NCBI GenBank assembly: GCA_964016885.1
Contig: OZ024764.1
Location: forward strand, 23,312,001-23,376,000
Source of the DNA: Eledone cirrhosa
Taxonomy: Eukaryota
Length of the DNA stretch: 64,000 nt
Direction: 5' to 3'
Positions 51,076 through 64,000 of this stretch are shown piece by piece. Position 1 is the stretch's first letter. Every line of letters starts with the position of its first letter. Made by a program: the position numbers and the translations under genes. The notes under the pieces are model-generated. The model was given only the letters and a program-made list of their open reading frames with translations. It searched no databases and had not been told where the DNA came from.

Positions 51076-52845
51076 TGTGTGTATATATATATATATATAT
51101 ATATGAAGGAACGATCGACTTTCGTCAAATCGGACCGAGGAAGCAATGTTTCCATTGGTCTTTGCAATTACTAGTACTATCGGTCGCAACTCCAGGTAGA
51201 AGGAACAACGTGAAATAAAGTGTCTTGCTCAAGGTCATAACGCATCGCCTGGTCCAGGAATCGAACTCACAACCTCAAGATATATATATATATATATAAA
51301 TGAAGAATATAGAAATTATTGTAGCAAAAAGCCAACAGTATTCCATTATATATATGTATATATGTATATATAGTATAAAAGAGAAAACACAGGTAAGCAT
51401 TAAGAGAAGGATTTTATCCAGGTATTTACGACCGTTTCATTGGTAAGTGCAACCTTATATTTCTATCCTGCAAATAGCAGCCACTCAATTATAATTGTTG
51501 TTCTGTTCACAGTCCAAATTTTCAAAATAGTAAGTTACTCTTGAAATAATTCTTAATATATAGAGAAAAACATTTATTTGGAATTGTATTTACTAGTATA
51601 GAGAGAGAGGAATCAGAAGGTGAGGGGACAGACGGAATAGTATAGAGAGAGAGGAAGGGGGAAGAGGTAGGAAGTAGAGTGACAAACTGAGATGGGGGGA
51701 GGGGTAGAGGTGGCAGGATTCTTTGGTCAGTTTTGACAGCAGACTTCATGTCGTGGAATGTAGTGAGTTAAAGAGAATTAAATTGATCATTTTTGGAGGG
51801 ATGGATATATATATATATAGTTAAATATTAGACAGGAACAAAAAACAGGCAGTGCAAATGGTAGTTTATACCGAGAGAGAGACAGACAAACACATCTATA
51901 CCCCTACTACAGTAAAACAAAACATATGTAAGGGGAGACAACTCTCGTTACATCCCCCCTTCTTTTTGATATACGTCCTTTACATACTTTGTTCAATGGA
52001 ATCTGCTTTATTTTGTGTCCTAAGTAGATTTCTGTTTAATTATTTACGAGATTCACAATGATTCACGTAACCAAGTTACTTACATAGAGATATATTTCAC
52101 ATAGAATCACAACAAATGAAAATATTAAGTCAACACTCTGTCAATCGGTCTCACGTCACATGGGGTGCCGGAGTCTCCCTCTAATACTTTCTGAGACAGT
52201 CTTACCTCGAGTGATAGCAAGGCTAAGATGTTGGAACTACCAAACACCCTCATATGTATCACCTGACACCTCGGTAAGGAGAGCTGCCAACGATAACAAG
52301 AACCTCGTTGTCAGGGACCTATCTCCTCCAAACTTCTCCAACACCACAGACTAGAATATTCTACTCTTTATTCCCTATCAAATATATTTCAGTCTAGTCA
52401 TTTATCTTGTATCTTGTATATGTATTTTCAAAACTAACTGTCACATTTGTAAGACCCCAGTTAGTGATGTTTTTCTCTCCCTCCCACATCCTACATGCTG
52501 TAGTAAAAGTGAGGGTCACTGCTTCTGTAGACGAACGAAATAAAAGTTAAACTACCAGTAATTATCGGCAAAGTATTTATTCCAGTCTGTGATGTTTGAG
52601 AAGCTGGGCTGCTGACAACGAAGTTGTTGTCAATGTTGGCAGCTGGCTTTACCGAAGTACCCGATGACTCTTGTGAGGGTACTTAGCTGTTCTGGCGGTT
52701 TAGCCTCCACGTGACGCGATCTTACCGAGATACCCGGTGATCTCTGTAAGAGTACTTAGCTGTTCTATTTTAATTACATTTACTGTTTTCACCTTTATTT
52801 TTTTTTTATTACAAACTTTACATAATTTAATTCGGTAAAAATATT

Positions 52846-52990
52846 TTACGTCACAAAAAAACTTGACCTTTGACATTGAAGCATGCGCAGTGGTGCAGTT
52901 GTCGACTTCCTGTCCACGTGTTAGTCTTCCTACAACATCATTTAGAAAACATTTCTGTAAATACTAAACACCTGAGACTATAATGTAAGT
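52846..52990 (+). promoter_or_regulatory. Putative promoter and exon 1 of ZNF copy D
   Basis: Same motif string plus an extra TGACCTTTGACA. CACGTG at 52915, donor GT at 52985. Confidence 0.7.
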
Positions 52991-53445
52991 ATTATGTCTA
53001 TTAATATTCTAGATTTAAGCTCACTTTTCACATCACAAATATATATTTTCTTGTTTGTTTCATTACTGGAAATATAAAATGTTATCGTAATTATCTATAT
53101 TTTACCTACCTCTAATTAATTAAAGTGAAAACTTTTGTTGTTGCTGAAAAATAAATTAACAAAACTAAATATTTAAATACTCTAAAGGTCGTTTTTATAT
53201 TATGTGATGATATAATTAATATAGTTTATTACAGTTGTATAAATTTACAGTAGAATAACGTTGTAAATATGTTTTAAATATATACATAAATAACATAAGT
53301 GTGTAAATAACATTATAAATTGCTGGCAATTCCTTGAGAAAGACATTACAAATATATTGTCTAAACTGTGTATAATAATATAATTTATTGAACAATAATG
53401 ATAAAGGAAAGAAAAACACAGTGGGAGATGGCAATTGACCACCAA

Positions 53446-56328
53446 ACGAGGTAAACATTTTCAACTTTCCCCTTTTTTTGCTTTGTCCGAGACAACTCAA
53501 AATATTCTTCAAGGAACTGGATTTTCCATTCGGTTGGATCGAACGGATTTTACCATTTATAATCTACGGAGAGGAATAACAGATGTTCGGAGGAAAAAAG
53601 AATTGTTTGTGGCAACAACGTAGGGAACCAACCTGGAGCAATTGTATCACACAATTATACTTTCCTCCTTAACATACACTTACAATTTTTCAAAATCAAA
53701 CCCCCCAAATATAAAATATAAATAATTATAAATGGCGAGGAACCATCCCATCTCCCTCTTGAAATAACCTGAATCTATTTATAGTCAGGTGTGACTGAAA
53801 GGTCAATCCATACTTCCATTCTATTTCACAGAATTAGAAGCTTGGACCACTTGATAGAATTCAGGTCCAGTAATGTAATCACTCCGTAATTGTAAACATC
53901 TTGTATCACTATCATTCAGGTTTTGATTTTACTTAAGTCTTGCCCATGTTTTTTTTTTTTTTTTTCTTTTTTACACAAACTCACAATTTCGGTTTTTACT
54001 GCGGATTTACCCATGCGAACTATTACACAAACTCACAGCCTTAGATTTTGTATTTCTAGCGTTTTTATTTTCCTTCTCTTTGCATGTTCAGTGCTCTTTC
54101 TCTCCCACTGTATTTACCTGCCTCTCACATGACCACACTCCTCTCCACGCACTCATCATCTTCTCACTCCTTCTACACCTTCCATCCCTCCCCTTGCTCA
54201 ACCCTTACTTCCTCCTCGCGCACAGCCCACCTAGGTATTCGTTCAACCCGCCGGTGGCCCGATGTTTCGACCGAACTATTACCGGCGATTGCCGATTGCT
54301 AAAGTTGCCACCACTTTAACCTAGTCCACTCTAGGTGGGGGTGGCATGCGTTGAACGACCAAGAGACCTGCTTGGTGGAACGACTAATGTGACAAACGGT
54401 CAGCCTCCGACCTCTCATTCTCCACCAACTGCAGCACGCACGAGAGGAGGTAACTTGACCCCACCTACCCTCCTCTCCTTCACGGCAGATTCCGAACGAA
54501 TCCAACCCGGCCAACCACACCACCCCTACAACTGTTAGCTCACTCCCAACCCCCGCTTTAGTCCCACCGTTAGAACCACTGCTGTCTCCTTTACTGACTC
54601 CCTTCACCGAATTCCAACGCTGGCCCTCTACTGCCGGCTGTTGCCAGCCCGCCACCTGATTGCGCCCTCTGTGCCCGCACTAACCAGTACTTAAAGACAA
54701 TTAAATGTCACCTATGCCACGCAAGCTACCACAGAAGCTGTGTCGGCATCACCAAAGCTCAAGCCGAAAGGCTTCAACACTGGACCTGTCATCGGTGCCA
54801 CTTCAGCTCCGACTATTCCGTGGGGATGACCAACACTCTACCAACGACTATCCACAGCCCCCCCCCCCCCCCCAGGGCTTCTCCAAATCAAAGCTCGGTA
54901 ACCGGTCCCTTAAGGGAGCTCGGAACAGCTTTGCAGGTGCCCTCTCTAATTTACTGAAAAACGTTTGCTCGTCCAACAATAGACTGGCAGAAATTGTTTT
55001 TGTTTCCCCTCATCTCTCTTCACGTGCACAATGCGAACTCGGGTTCCCTCAAGTCCTCTCTCAAGCGGCAGTTCCAGCTGTTTGAGTCCACCCCAACCAC
55101 GTCTCATCTCAGTTCGTCTCCGAGCTCGGTGTCCACCAACAGACAACCGGTAGACCTCAAGCGAGCCGTCAATGCCAAATTCAGCGAATTTGACATTAAA
55201 GGGGCTGTCCTCCCTTGCTCCATGCAACTCTGACTCTCGTGAGCGTCTGAAAGAGAAGCACCCCCAGATGATCAGCAACACTGGCCCGAACCACCAGAAT
55301 ACTTGAGACCGGTTTACACCACCAATATCATCAGAAAGGCGATTTCATCCTTCCCCGCTGGGTCAGGCGCGGGAATTGACGTCCTTCATCCTCAACACCT
55401 CAAGGATGGTATCTCCTTATCGGCCGGTGATGCCGGACTCGAGCTCTTGGAGAGTCTGACTCAGTTTGTGAATCAGTGAACGTTCTCCCGTTCATCCGCC
55501 CACTGTTCTTCGGTGCGAAGCTATTTGGTCTCACCAAGCCCAACGGGGACCTGTGCCGCATTGCGGTTGGCTGCACACCTCGCCGCCTCACTGCAAAGGC
55601 GTGATTGCTGTTGGTCTCCAACCCACTGGCGGAGGAATTTTCCCCCATCCAGCTGTGGGTGGGTACCAGGTTGGGATGTGTGGCTGCTGTCCACGCTGCC
55701 AGAGCATTTGCCAACTTGCCCTCCTCACCCCCCAAGGTCATCCTCAAACTTGACCTCAGGAATGCCTTCAACTCCGTCAGCCGTAACATCGTCCTCGGCT
55801 CAGTAAGAGAGAGGGTCCCACAACTCTACCACTTTGCTTGGCAGGCTTATCGGGAGCCCTCCTACCTCTCTTTCAGTGACCAGATCATCACCTCTGCCTC
55901 AGGAGTCCAACAGGGTGACCCACTCGAGAACCCCCCCCTCCCGCACTGGACATTGATGACGTCACCAAGATGGGGGCTGAGTTGGACCTTAGAGAGGTTT
56001 CCCAGTACCCCTTGTTGCTGTCTTTTGCTCTGGTGTTGGCTCCGTTGTCCACCCCTTCCTTTATATTTTCTTTAATATTGCAACATTGAAGGAATTTATC
56101 TTTCATTGTATCATCCTTTATAGTGTTACCGAGGCATTTGTAATGTTATTTATATATTTAAAACATATTTGTTATGTTATTCTACTGTAAATTTATTTAT
56201 ATGCTCTGTTTATATTTTCATTCTGAAGGAACTTATCCACTTGTGTTGATATAAGTGATGCTATGACTTTCCTCTAAGCATTGTGTCATTATATATGTTA
56301 TTATAAACGTGAATAAATTGAATTTATA
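53446..56328 (+). mobile_element. ~2.9-kb insertion private to copy D containing a degenerate CRE-like non-LTR RT
   Basis: Interrupts gaccaccaa|gtgtgataat of copies B and C. About 55500-55930 reads LFFGAKLFGLTKPNGDLCRIAVG, IQLWVGTRLGCVAAVHAAR, LKLDLRNAFNSVSR, SASGVQQGDPL. Confidence 0.75.
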
Positions 56329-56854
56329 GTGTGATAATGGGCCACACCTCACACCCTAGGGGTTAACTACACACTGGCAGCATCACAACGGGTGATGGTG
56401 AGGCTAAGGTGCTGAAATAACCAGGTACCCTCACGGGTATCACCTGACACCTCAGTAAGGTGCTGAAATAACCAGGTACCCTCACGGAAACGACTAGATT
56501 TGTAGAAAAAGTAGGGTGAAAGTATACAAAGAGATGTAGTTTCACAGATCTACTCACACCTCACGTTGGGTGGGAATAATTATTTTTCTTAGAATTCTTG
56601 CTATACCCCTTTTCCAGTATTTTTTCTCTGGACCCCTTAGATACTTGCGATAGACGTTTTATTTCCCAGTATTAGGATTAGGGTTTCCGTTTTCAGGAAG
56701 AAAAGTCGATTGCAAACATCTAAGAGGTCGAGCAATGAAATTAAGGAAAGATAATTATTTCCCAGCCAACTGGAGAAGTGTGTAGCTCTTCTAAACTCCG
56801 ATAATCCTGTCTCCCACTTCTTTATCTACAAATCTAGTCGTTTCCTGCTACTTT

Positions 56855-57125
56855 GTTCCCTGGGGTATGCCTTAGTATTTGACACCATCTATCTGTCTTA
56901 CTCCCTAACTAGAAAGAAGTCAATCTGTCTCATGTGCTCACCTGATTGGTAGGTTATTAGGTGGTTGGTAGGTTTCTTGAAGTGTTGCAAATGGTTAGTT
57001 CACTTGCATCACAAAATACAAGAAGCCTCATTCCTTCATCGTTTCTTGAGCCATCACCATGACCACCATGTACCCCAGTATATCCATCCTGGAACTGTCC
57101 AACATGACCATTGAAGTCCCCTGCT
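56855..57125 (-). mobile_element. Remnant of the antisense RTE (endonuclease region)
   Basis: Reverse complement of the GDFNGHVGQ...GYTGVHG region; the rest is removed by a deletion at tgctactttg|ttccctgggg. Confidence 0.8.
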
Positions 57126-57697
57126 ATTATAACTAGGTCTCTGTCATTGTGGTTATCTCTACTTATTCCTTTTCTACATATGGAGCAGGGCCACTTTCCT
57201 AAAGGTGTCAGGGTCTTCTCTCCTATCCATTACCACTTTAGTTTTTGGCTAAGTATATTCTCAGAACTTACCATTTCAAATTCTATATCTATAGTTGGTC
57301 ATCTACATAGAGAAGTTTCCATAGACAGCCAGTCTTAAACCTCTCTGTTATCGCTTGGAGAACTATGATGAAAAACAGTGGGCTAAGAACTAAACCATGA
57401 TGAACTCCTACCTGTACCTTCAATTCCTCACTAATCACACTTTACTGACAGCTTCTCACAAGCCATTCTTCTACACCTAATTTCTTTAACCCTTTAGTAT
57501 ATAAACTGGCCATATCTGGCGAGAATTGTCTCATGTCTTTCTGTTCAAACTGGCCCTAACTGGTCACTTATACTTATGTTAAGGTATTGTTCTCAAAATA
57601 AGTAACATCAAAATCTCATAGATTTGATATTATGAGTGATAAAGCATTTACTGTGAAAATATAATAGTAAATATAGAGTAATGTGAATACTAAAGGG

Positions 57698-57958
57698 TTA
57701 ATCTAATGTCACTAATAACTACTTTTATCAATCAGTTTAATCTGATGTCACTCATAACTACTTTTATCAGTCAGTTTAATCTAATGTCACTAATAACTAC
57801 TTTTATCAGTCAGTTTAATCTAATGCCACTAATAACTACTTTTATCAGTCAGTTTAATCTAATGTCACTAATAACTACTTTTATCAGTCAGTTTAATCTA
57901 CTGCCACTAATAACTACTTTTATCAGTCAGTCTAATCTAATGTCACTAATAACTAACC
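57698..57958. repeat. Expanded 39-bp minisatellite, about 6.7 units
   Basis: 13-codon periodicity visible in the ORF track (MSLITTFISQFNL)n. Confidence 0.9.
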
Positions 57959-58292
57959 TATGTTAGTCAGCACATTCTTCACCAAAGAAGGCCTTAGTAT
58001 TTATTACAGTCCATTTATCAATATAGAAATATTATATGAAATTTGTACTGATGTATTACAAGTTTCTCAGTATCTTATAATGTTCTTTTATTATTTCAGA
58101 ATACCAGAGGACATTGGCATTAAAGAGCACGTTATATCAGACATATCCTCAACATTAACCATTTCTAATGAAATACACTAACCATCATTTTCAAATAATT
58201 TTGAAAACACTCAACACTTTGAAGTGATTTAGTAATATAACTAAATTTCTCAGTATTAAGCTGTGAATTATGTGAGAAACTGAGGTGATTGA

Positions 58293-59591
<1,299 letters not shown>

Positions 59592-62500
59592 CTGTATCAA
59601 TATCAAACTCATTACTACAACAACAACAACAATTGTGTAGATCCATCATCCTGGCTAAAACTGGGGTCAACCTTGTAGGTTTTACCTATGACAGGGATCA
59701 TAAACACCAGGTTTCCATTTTTGAAGTAGTGTTTGAAGATTTTGTGTAAATTAAAGTTTTTCACATCAAACTTTGATTTATTATACTTTAACAGGTAAGA
59801 TATATATTTGTATTTTTAGTAAAGGTTTGGGAACTTCTGTAATTTAAACCTGCCAATAAAATGAAAACTTTTGTTGTTGTTAGTCTGACATTGATATTAA
59901 TTCTATTGTCCTGTACATTGTCTCAAATATCACAGATTAAACAGATTTTAACAATAACAACAGAAGTCAATAACTTGTAAGCCTAATATCTAGCTTCCAT
60001 TTTAACTATTTGATATTGTTGTTCCCCTCCTGTCTCTTCAGGTCTTTTAGATTTCAACTTCTATCTACTGTACTATTCCATCACCAAGGCAACATTCATC
60101 TGGCTGGCAGCTTACATCAACTACAGATCTCATCAGTGGTTCACAACAGGCTGTCTGAAAGAAACTTGCTGATATCTTCTATGTCATAGCTATCAATCTC
60201 CTCCTCCTTATCATATGTATCATGTAGAACATCTCTGAATTTATATTTAACCGGGAGATCTTTTACTGTCCCTACCCTTTTCTCTAGGTTGTCTTGTACC
60301 TCTCTCACAGTCCCTCTAGATCTTATATTTAACAGGGAAATCTTTTACTATCCCTACCCTTTTCTCTAGATTGTCTTGTACCAGTCTCACAGTCCCTCTC
60401 GATCTTATATTTAATAGGGAGATCTTTTACTGTCTCTACCTCTTTCTCTAGGTTGTCTTGTACCCCTCTCACAGTCCCTCTAGATCTTATATTTAACAGG
60501 GAGATCTTTTACTGTCTCTACCCTTTTCTCTAGGTTGTCTTGTACCTCTCTCACAGTCCCTCTAGATCTTATATTTAACAGGGAGATCTTTTACTGTCCC
60601 TACCCATTTCTCTAGGTTGTCTTGTATCTCTCTCACAGTTCCTCTATATCTTATATTTAACAGGGAGATGTTTTACTCTCCCTACCCTTTTCTCTAGGTG
60701 GTGTTGTACCTCTCACAGTACCTGTAGATGTTATATTTAACAGGGAGATTTTTACTCTCCAACCCTTCTACAGATAGTCTTGTATCTGTCAGTCCCTCTA
60801 GATCTTACACCTAGTATCTAGTCTATGTTGAGTGGTACGTCCTTCTCCAGTAAGGGAGTTAATATTCCCAACCATCTGTCTATCCTGTTTTCTGATGAGA
60901 ATGAAGTCAAGCTAGTTTATCTCTTCACCTGATTGAAGTAACTAGATCAAGTAACTAGATGTTTTCCTGTAAGTTAGTGTTGCAGTGTTTGTGTCACCAT
61001 GTAAGGTTTATATCTATTAATATAGAGATGTAGTAAAGTTTTCACTGTTGTATCTCTATTTTCTAAATATCTTAATAATGTTTCTCTCCTATTTCAGAAT
61101 ATCACATGACCTTGGCAGAAAAGATTCTTTTAAAGACAACAGAAAGATGTGACATACAAGTGATATAAACTTGTTTAGTCTGTGGTGAATTATGGTGAAA
61201 TATTTCTTCTGAATTGAGATAAATAACAACATATTCCTTTTTCACTGTCTGGAATATTTACAAGATGATTTTACATTCTGATTAAACTTTAGATATTTAC
61301 AAAGGAGTTTTCAAAATATTTGGATATTGACAAAGATCACATTTGGTAAAAATTATGAACAATAGAAATATTTACATCAACATAGGAATATTTTCCAGAA
61401 GAGATGGGAAAATCATTATACCACTGTAATATTTGTGGTAAAGTATTCTCTCTTCTTTATATGTAGAACATCTAAATAAACACTTTATCTAACAAACTAT
61501 TGTGCTATAGAAATGACAAACTTGAGCAATGTTTAATAAATGTTACAGATTTCTCCAAACTGTCGTTTACTAACTTTAATTTGAAGCTATATTATCTATA
61601 TACTACTAAAACTCTGTGATTGTGTCTTGTCTAATTTAATCCAGCTAAAACAGTGCATAATGGGGAAATACTTTGAAAAGAATAAAACAATTTTTGTATA
61701 AATTGGAGCACAGGTTCCCAAGATTCAAGGTTTTCTGGGTACCTTGATATATATAGGGAGAGAAAGAGATAGTGGTTGTGAGAGAGAGGGAGCTGGTGGT
61801 GTTGTTTAATAAAATGTGTGTGTGTATATATATATATACATATGTGTATATTTTAACTATTTAAAAATTATTTTTAAATGACTTTTAAATAATAGTTTTA
61901 AGGGAACGTGACCCAACAGGTCCCGGGTGGTCTAGTTTGTTACTAAATACTAGATATTAGAGGGTCATGTTCTAGATGTGCTGGAAGAGCCATTCCATCT
62001 CGTGAGGCTCACACCAGCAGCTAGCCACCTCAGCACCTATGGTGGTATATTTATTATATTATTTATTCTTTACCATTAACATTAATATAAAAGATAATTA
62101 TATATTTTTAGAGAAGAACCTCTAATTTTATATAGCTTAGGGCTTCAGTAGGTAAAAGTCTGGCCCTGCTTGTCTTGTATTTTTTAGGGGAGAAGTTAGG
62201 GAATACGGTTATTGTGTGAAAGTTTTCTAAATCTTCAGCCACTAACATGGAGAAGATATTTCAGTAAAAAGGTTCACATCCTGACATCTATAGCTGTTAA
62301 CAATGAGATTGGAATTCATTATTAAACAAATGTTATATCATCATCACTGTTTAACAACAGTTTTTTCACGCTGGCATGGGTTAGACAAGTTATCCTGTTG
62401 TAAGCAATGCCAGGTCAGGTGATCACGTGTTGCTCCTACAGAACAAATTTTGGATTGGTTTCTACAGCTGGATGCCCTTCCTAGCACCAACCTTATTTAC

Positions 62501-63927
62501 ATTGAGTACTGGGTGCATTTTACCATCTCACCATCACGACCACTTTACAGTGTGGGCTGGGTGCTTTTTGTTGTGACACCTATATGACCACTTTACAGTG
62601 TGGGCTGGGTGCTTTTTGTTGTGACACCTACATGACCACTTTAAAGTTTTGACTGTGTGCTTTTTGTCGTGACACCTACATGACCACTTTATAGTGTGGA
62701 CTGGGTACTTTTTGTTGTGACATCAACATGACCACTTTAAAGTTTTGGCTGGGTACTTTTTGTTGTCACCTACATGACCACTTTACAGTGTGGGCTGGGT
62801 GCTTTTTGCCGTGACACCTACGCAACCATTTTACAGTGTGGGCTGGTTTCTTTTTGTCATATCACCTACATAACCGCCTTATAGTGGTGTTGGCTGTGTG
62901 TTCTTTGCAGTGTGGGCTGGTTTCTTTTTGTCATATCACCTACATGACCACCTTATAATGTTGACTGTGTGTTCTTTGCAGTGTGGGCTGGTTTCTTTTT
63001 GTCATATCACCTACATGACCACTTTATAATGTTGACTGTGTTCTTTACAGTGTGGGTTGGGTGCTTTTTGTCATATCACCTACCCAACCACTTTGCAGTG
63101 TGGGCAGTGAAATATCAGTAATGCACCAGCTCCAATATTCAGTAATCAGAAGAAGGGAGGTAGGCATAAAAGCCAAATTTGCTGTCTTCAATTAGGTTTT
63201 TGTGCCAACCCTTACCTATGGTCACATATCTTGGGTAATGACTAAAAGAATATGATTGCGAATACAAGTGGCAGATATGGGATTCCTCTGAAGGGTCTTT
63301 GAAGGAATGTTTCTCAATAAAGTGCATAGCTCTGAGATCCGAGAGTCACTCCAGGTGGAGCTGTTACTTCTCCTAATTGAGAGATCACAGCTGCAATACT
63401 ATGGCCATTTGGTTAGAATGTCTGAGGAAAGAATCACTGGATAGATTTTACAGGCAAAACTAACCAGCAGGAGACCCAGGGGTAGACCTGAGCAAGATGG
63501 TCACATAACATCCATGAGCTTGGCTGGTCTCTCTGGGAGATCCAGCCAGATCAGTTGGAGTGGGTTGCTTCTGACAGGACCTGTTGGAGGGAGTGTTTGA
63601 GGACTCTGCCCCCAAGACCCTCTCTGGAATAAGAAGAGGTTGAGGTTACATAATCAACATCAGATTTCCCTGCTAGCAAGGGTTTAATGAGTCTACTTCA
63701 ACCAAGTAAGTACTGAAATGAGGCTACTGATCTCCCAGACAGACCAAGGATCTGAGACTTATTACATAAGGTCTCATTTGCTACTGAGTGCACAGAAAAG
63801 GTTGTCATGTTTTTGTCATGATTGAAGGGTTCTCCAACACTATTGTCGGGCAAGCTTTCTATGGCTAGATGTCCTTCACATGACCAACCGCATTACAGCC
63901 TGTGTTGGGTGTGTTTATCATGTAGGT

Positions 63928-64000
63928 GAGGCATAACAAACTGAGGGTTCCCCAAGGGCCACATAGGTCACATGTGTTGTCTGAGGGTTGCACAGTGCAA
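63928..64000 (-). mobile_element. Left end of a third hAT copy, running off the window
   Basis: atgtaggt|gaggcataacaaactgagggttcc matches 19163 onward. Confidence 0.75.

Overview
Eukaryotic, AT-rich, repeat-dense DNA, most likely from an octopus or other coleoid cephalopod. That assignment is inferred from effector-less C2H2 genes in a tandem cluster, the repeat families and (TA)n microsatellites. The window is a head-to-tail array of 12-17 kb duplicated units. Each unit carries one C2H2 zinc-finger gene on the + strand, with stops at 33, 15420, 30111, 42530 and 59591; the four complete genes have 12, 20, 8 and 15 fingers. I infer a two-exon gene model: a compact promoter (CRE, NRF1, ETS, E-box, Inr motifs), a ~60-nt non-coding exon, a TE-filled intron, then one coding exon. 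Every copy also has a 3'-UTR splice donor and, downstream of it, a relic second ZNF exon. Spacers come in two types, Tigger-bearing and hAT-bearing. Units carry shared and private TEs: RTE LINEs, a Gypsy element, a solo LTR, CRE-like non-LTR fragments, non-autonomous Helitrons, MITEs, tRNA-SINEs and several minisatellites. The copy at 14389 has lost its native promoter where the Gypsy element sits, but has a sense-oriented solo LTR upstream that could replace it. All coordinates were read by eye; TE boundaries lacking TIR/TSD evidence are approximate.
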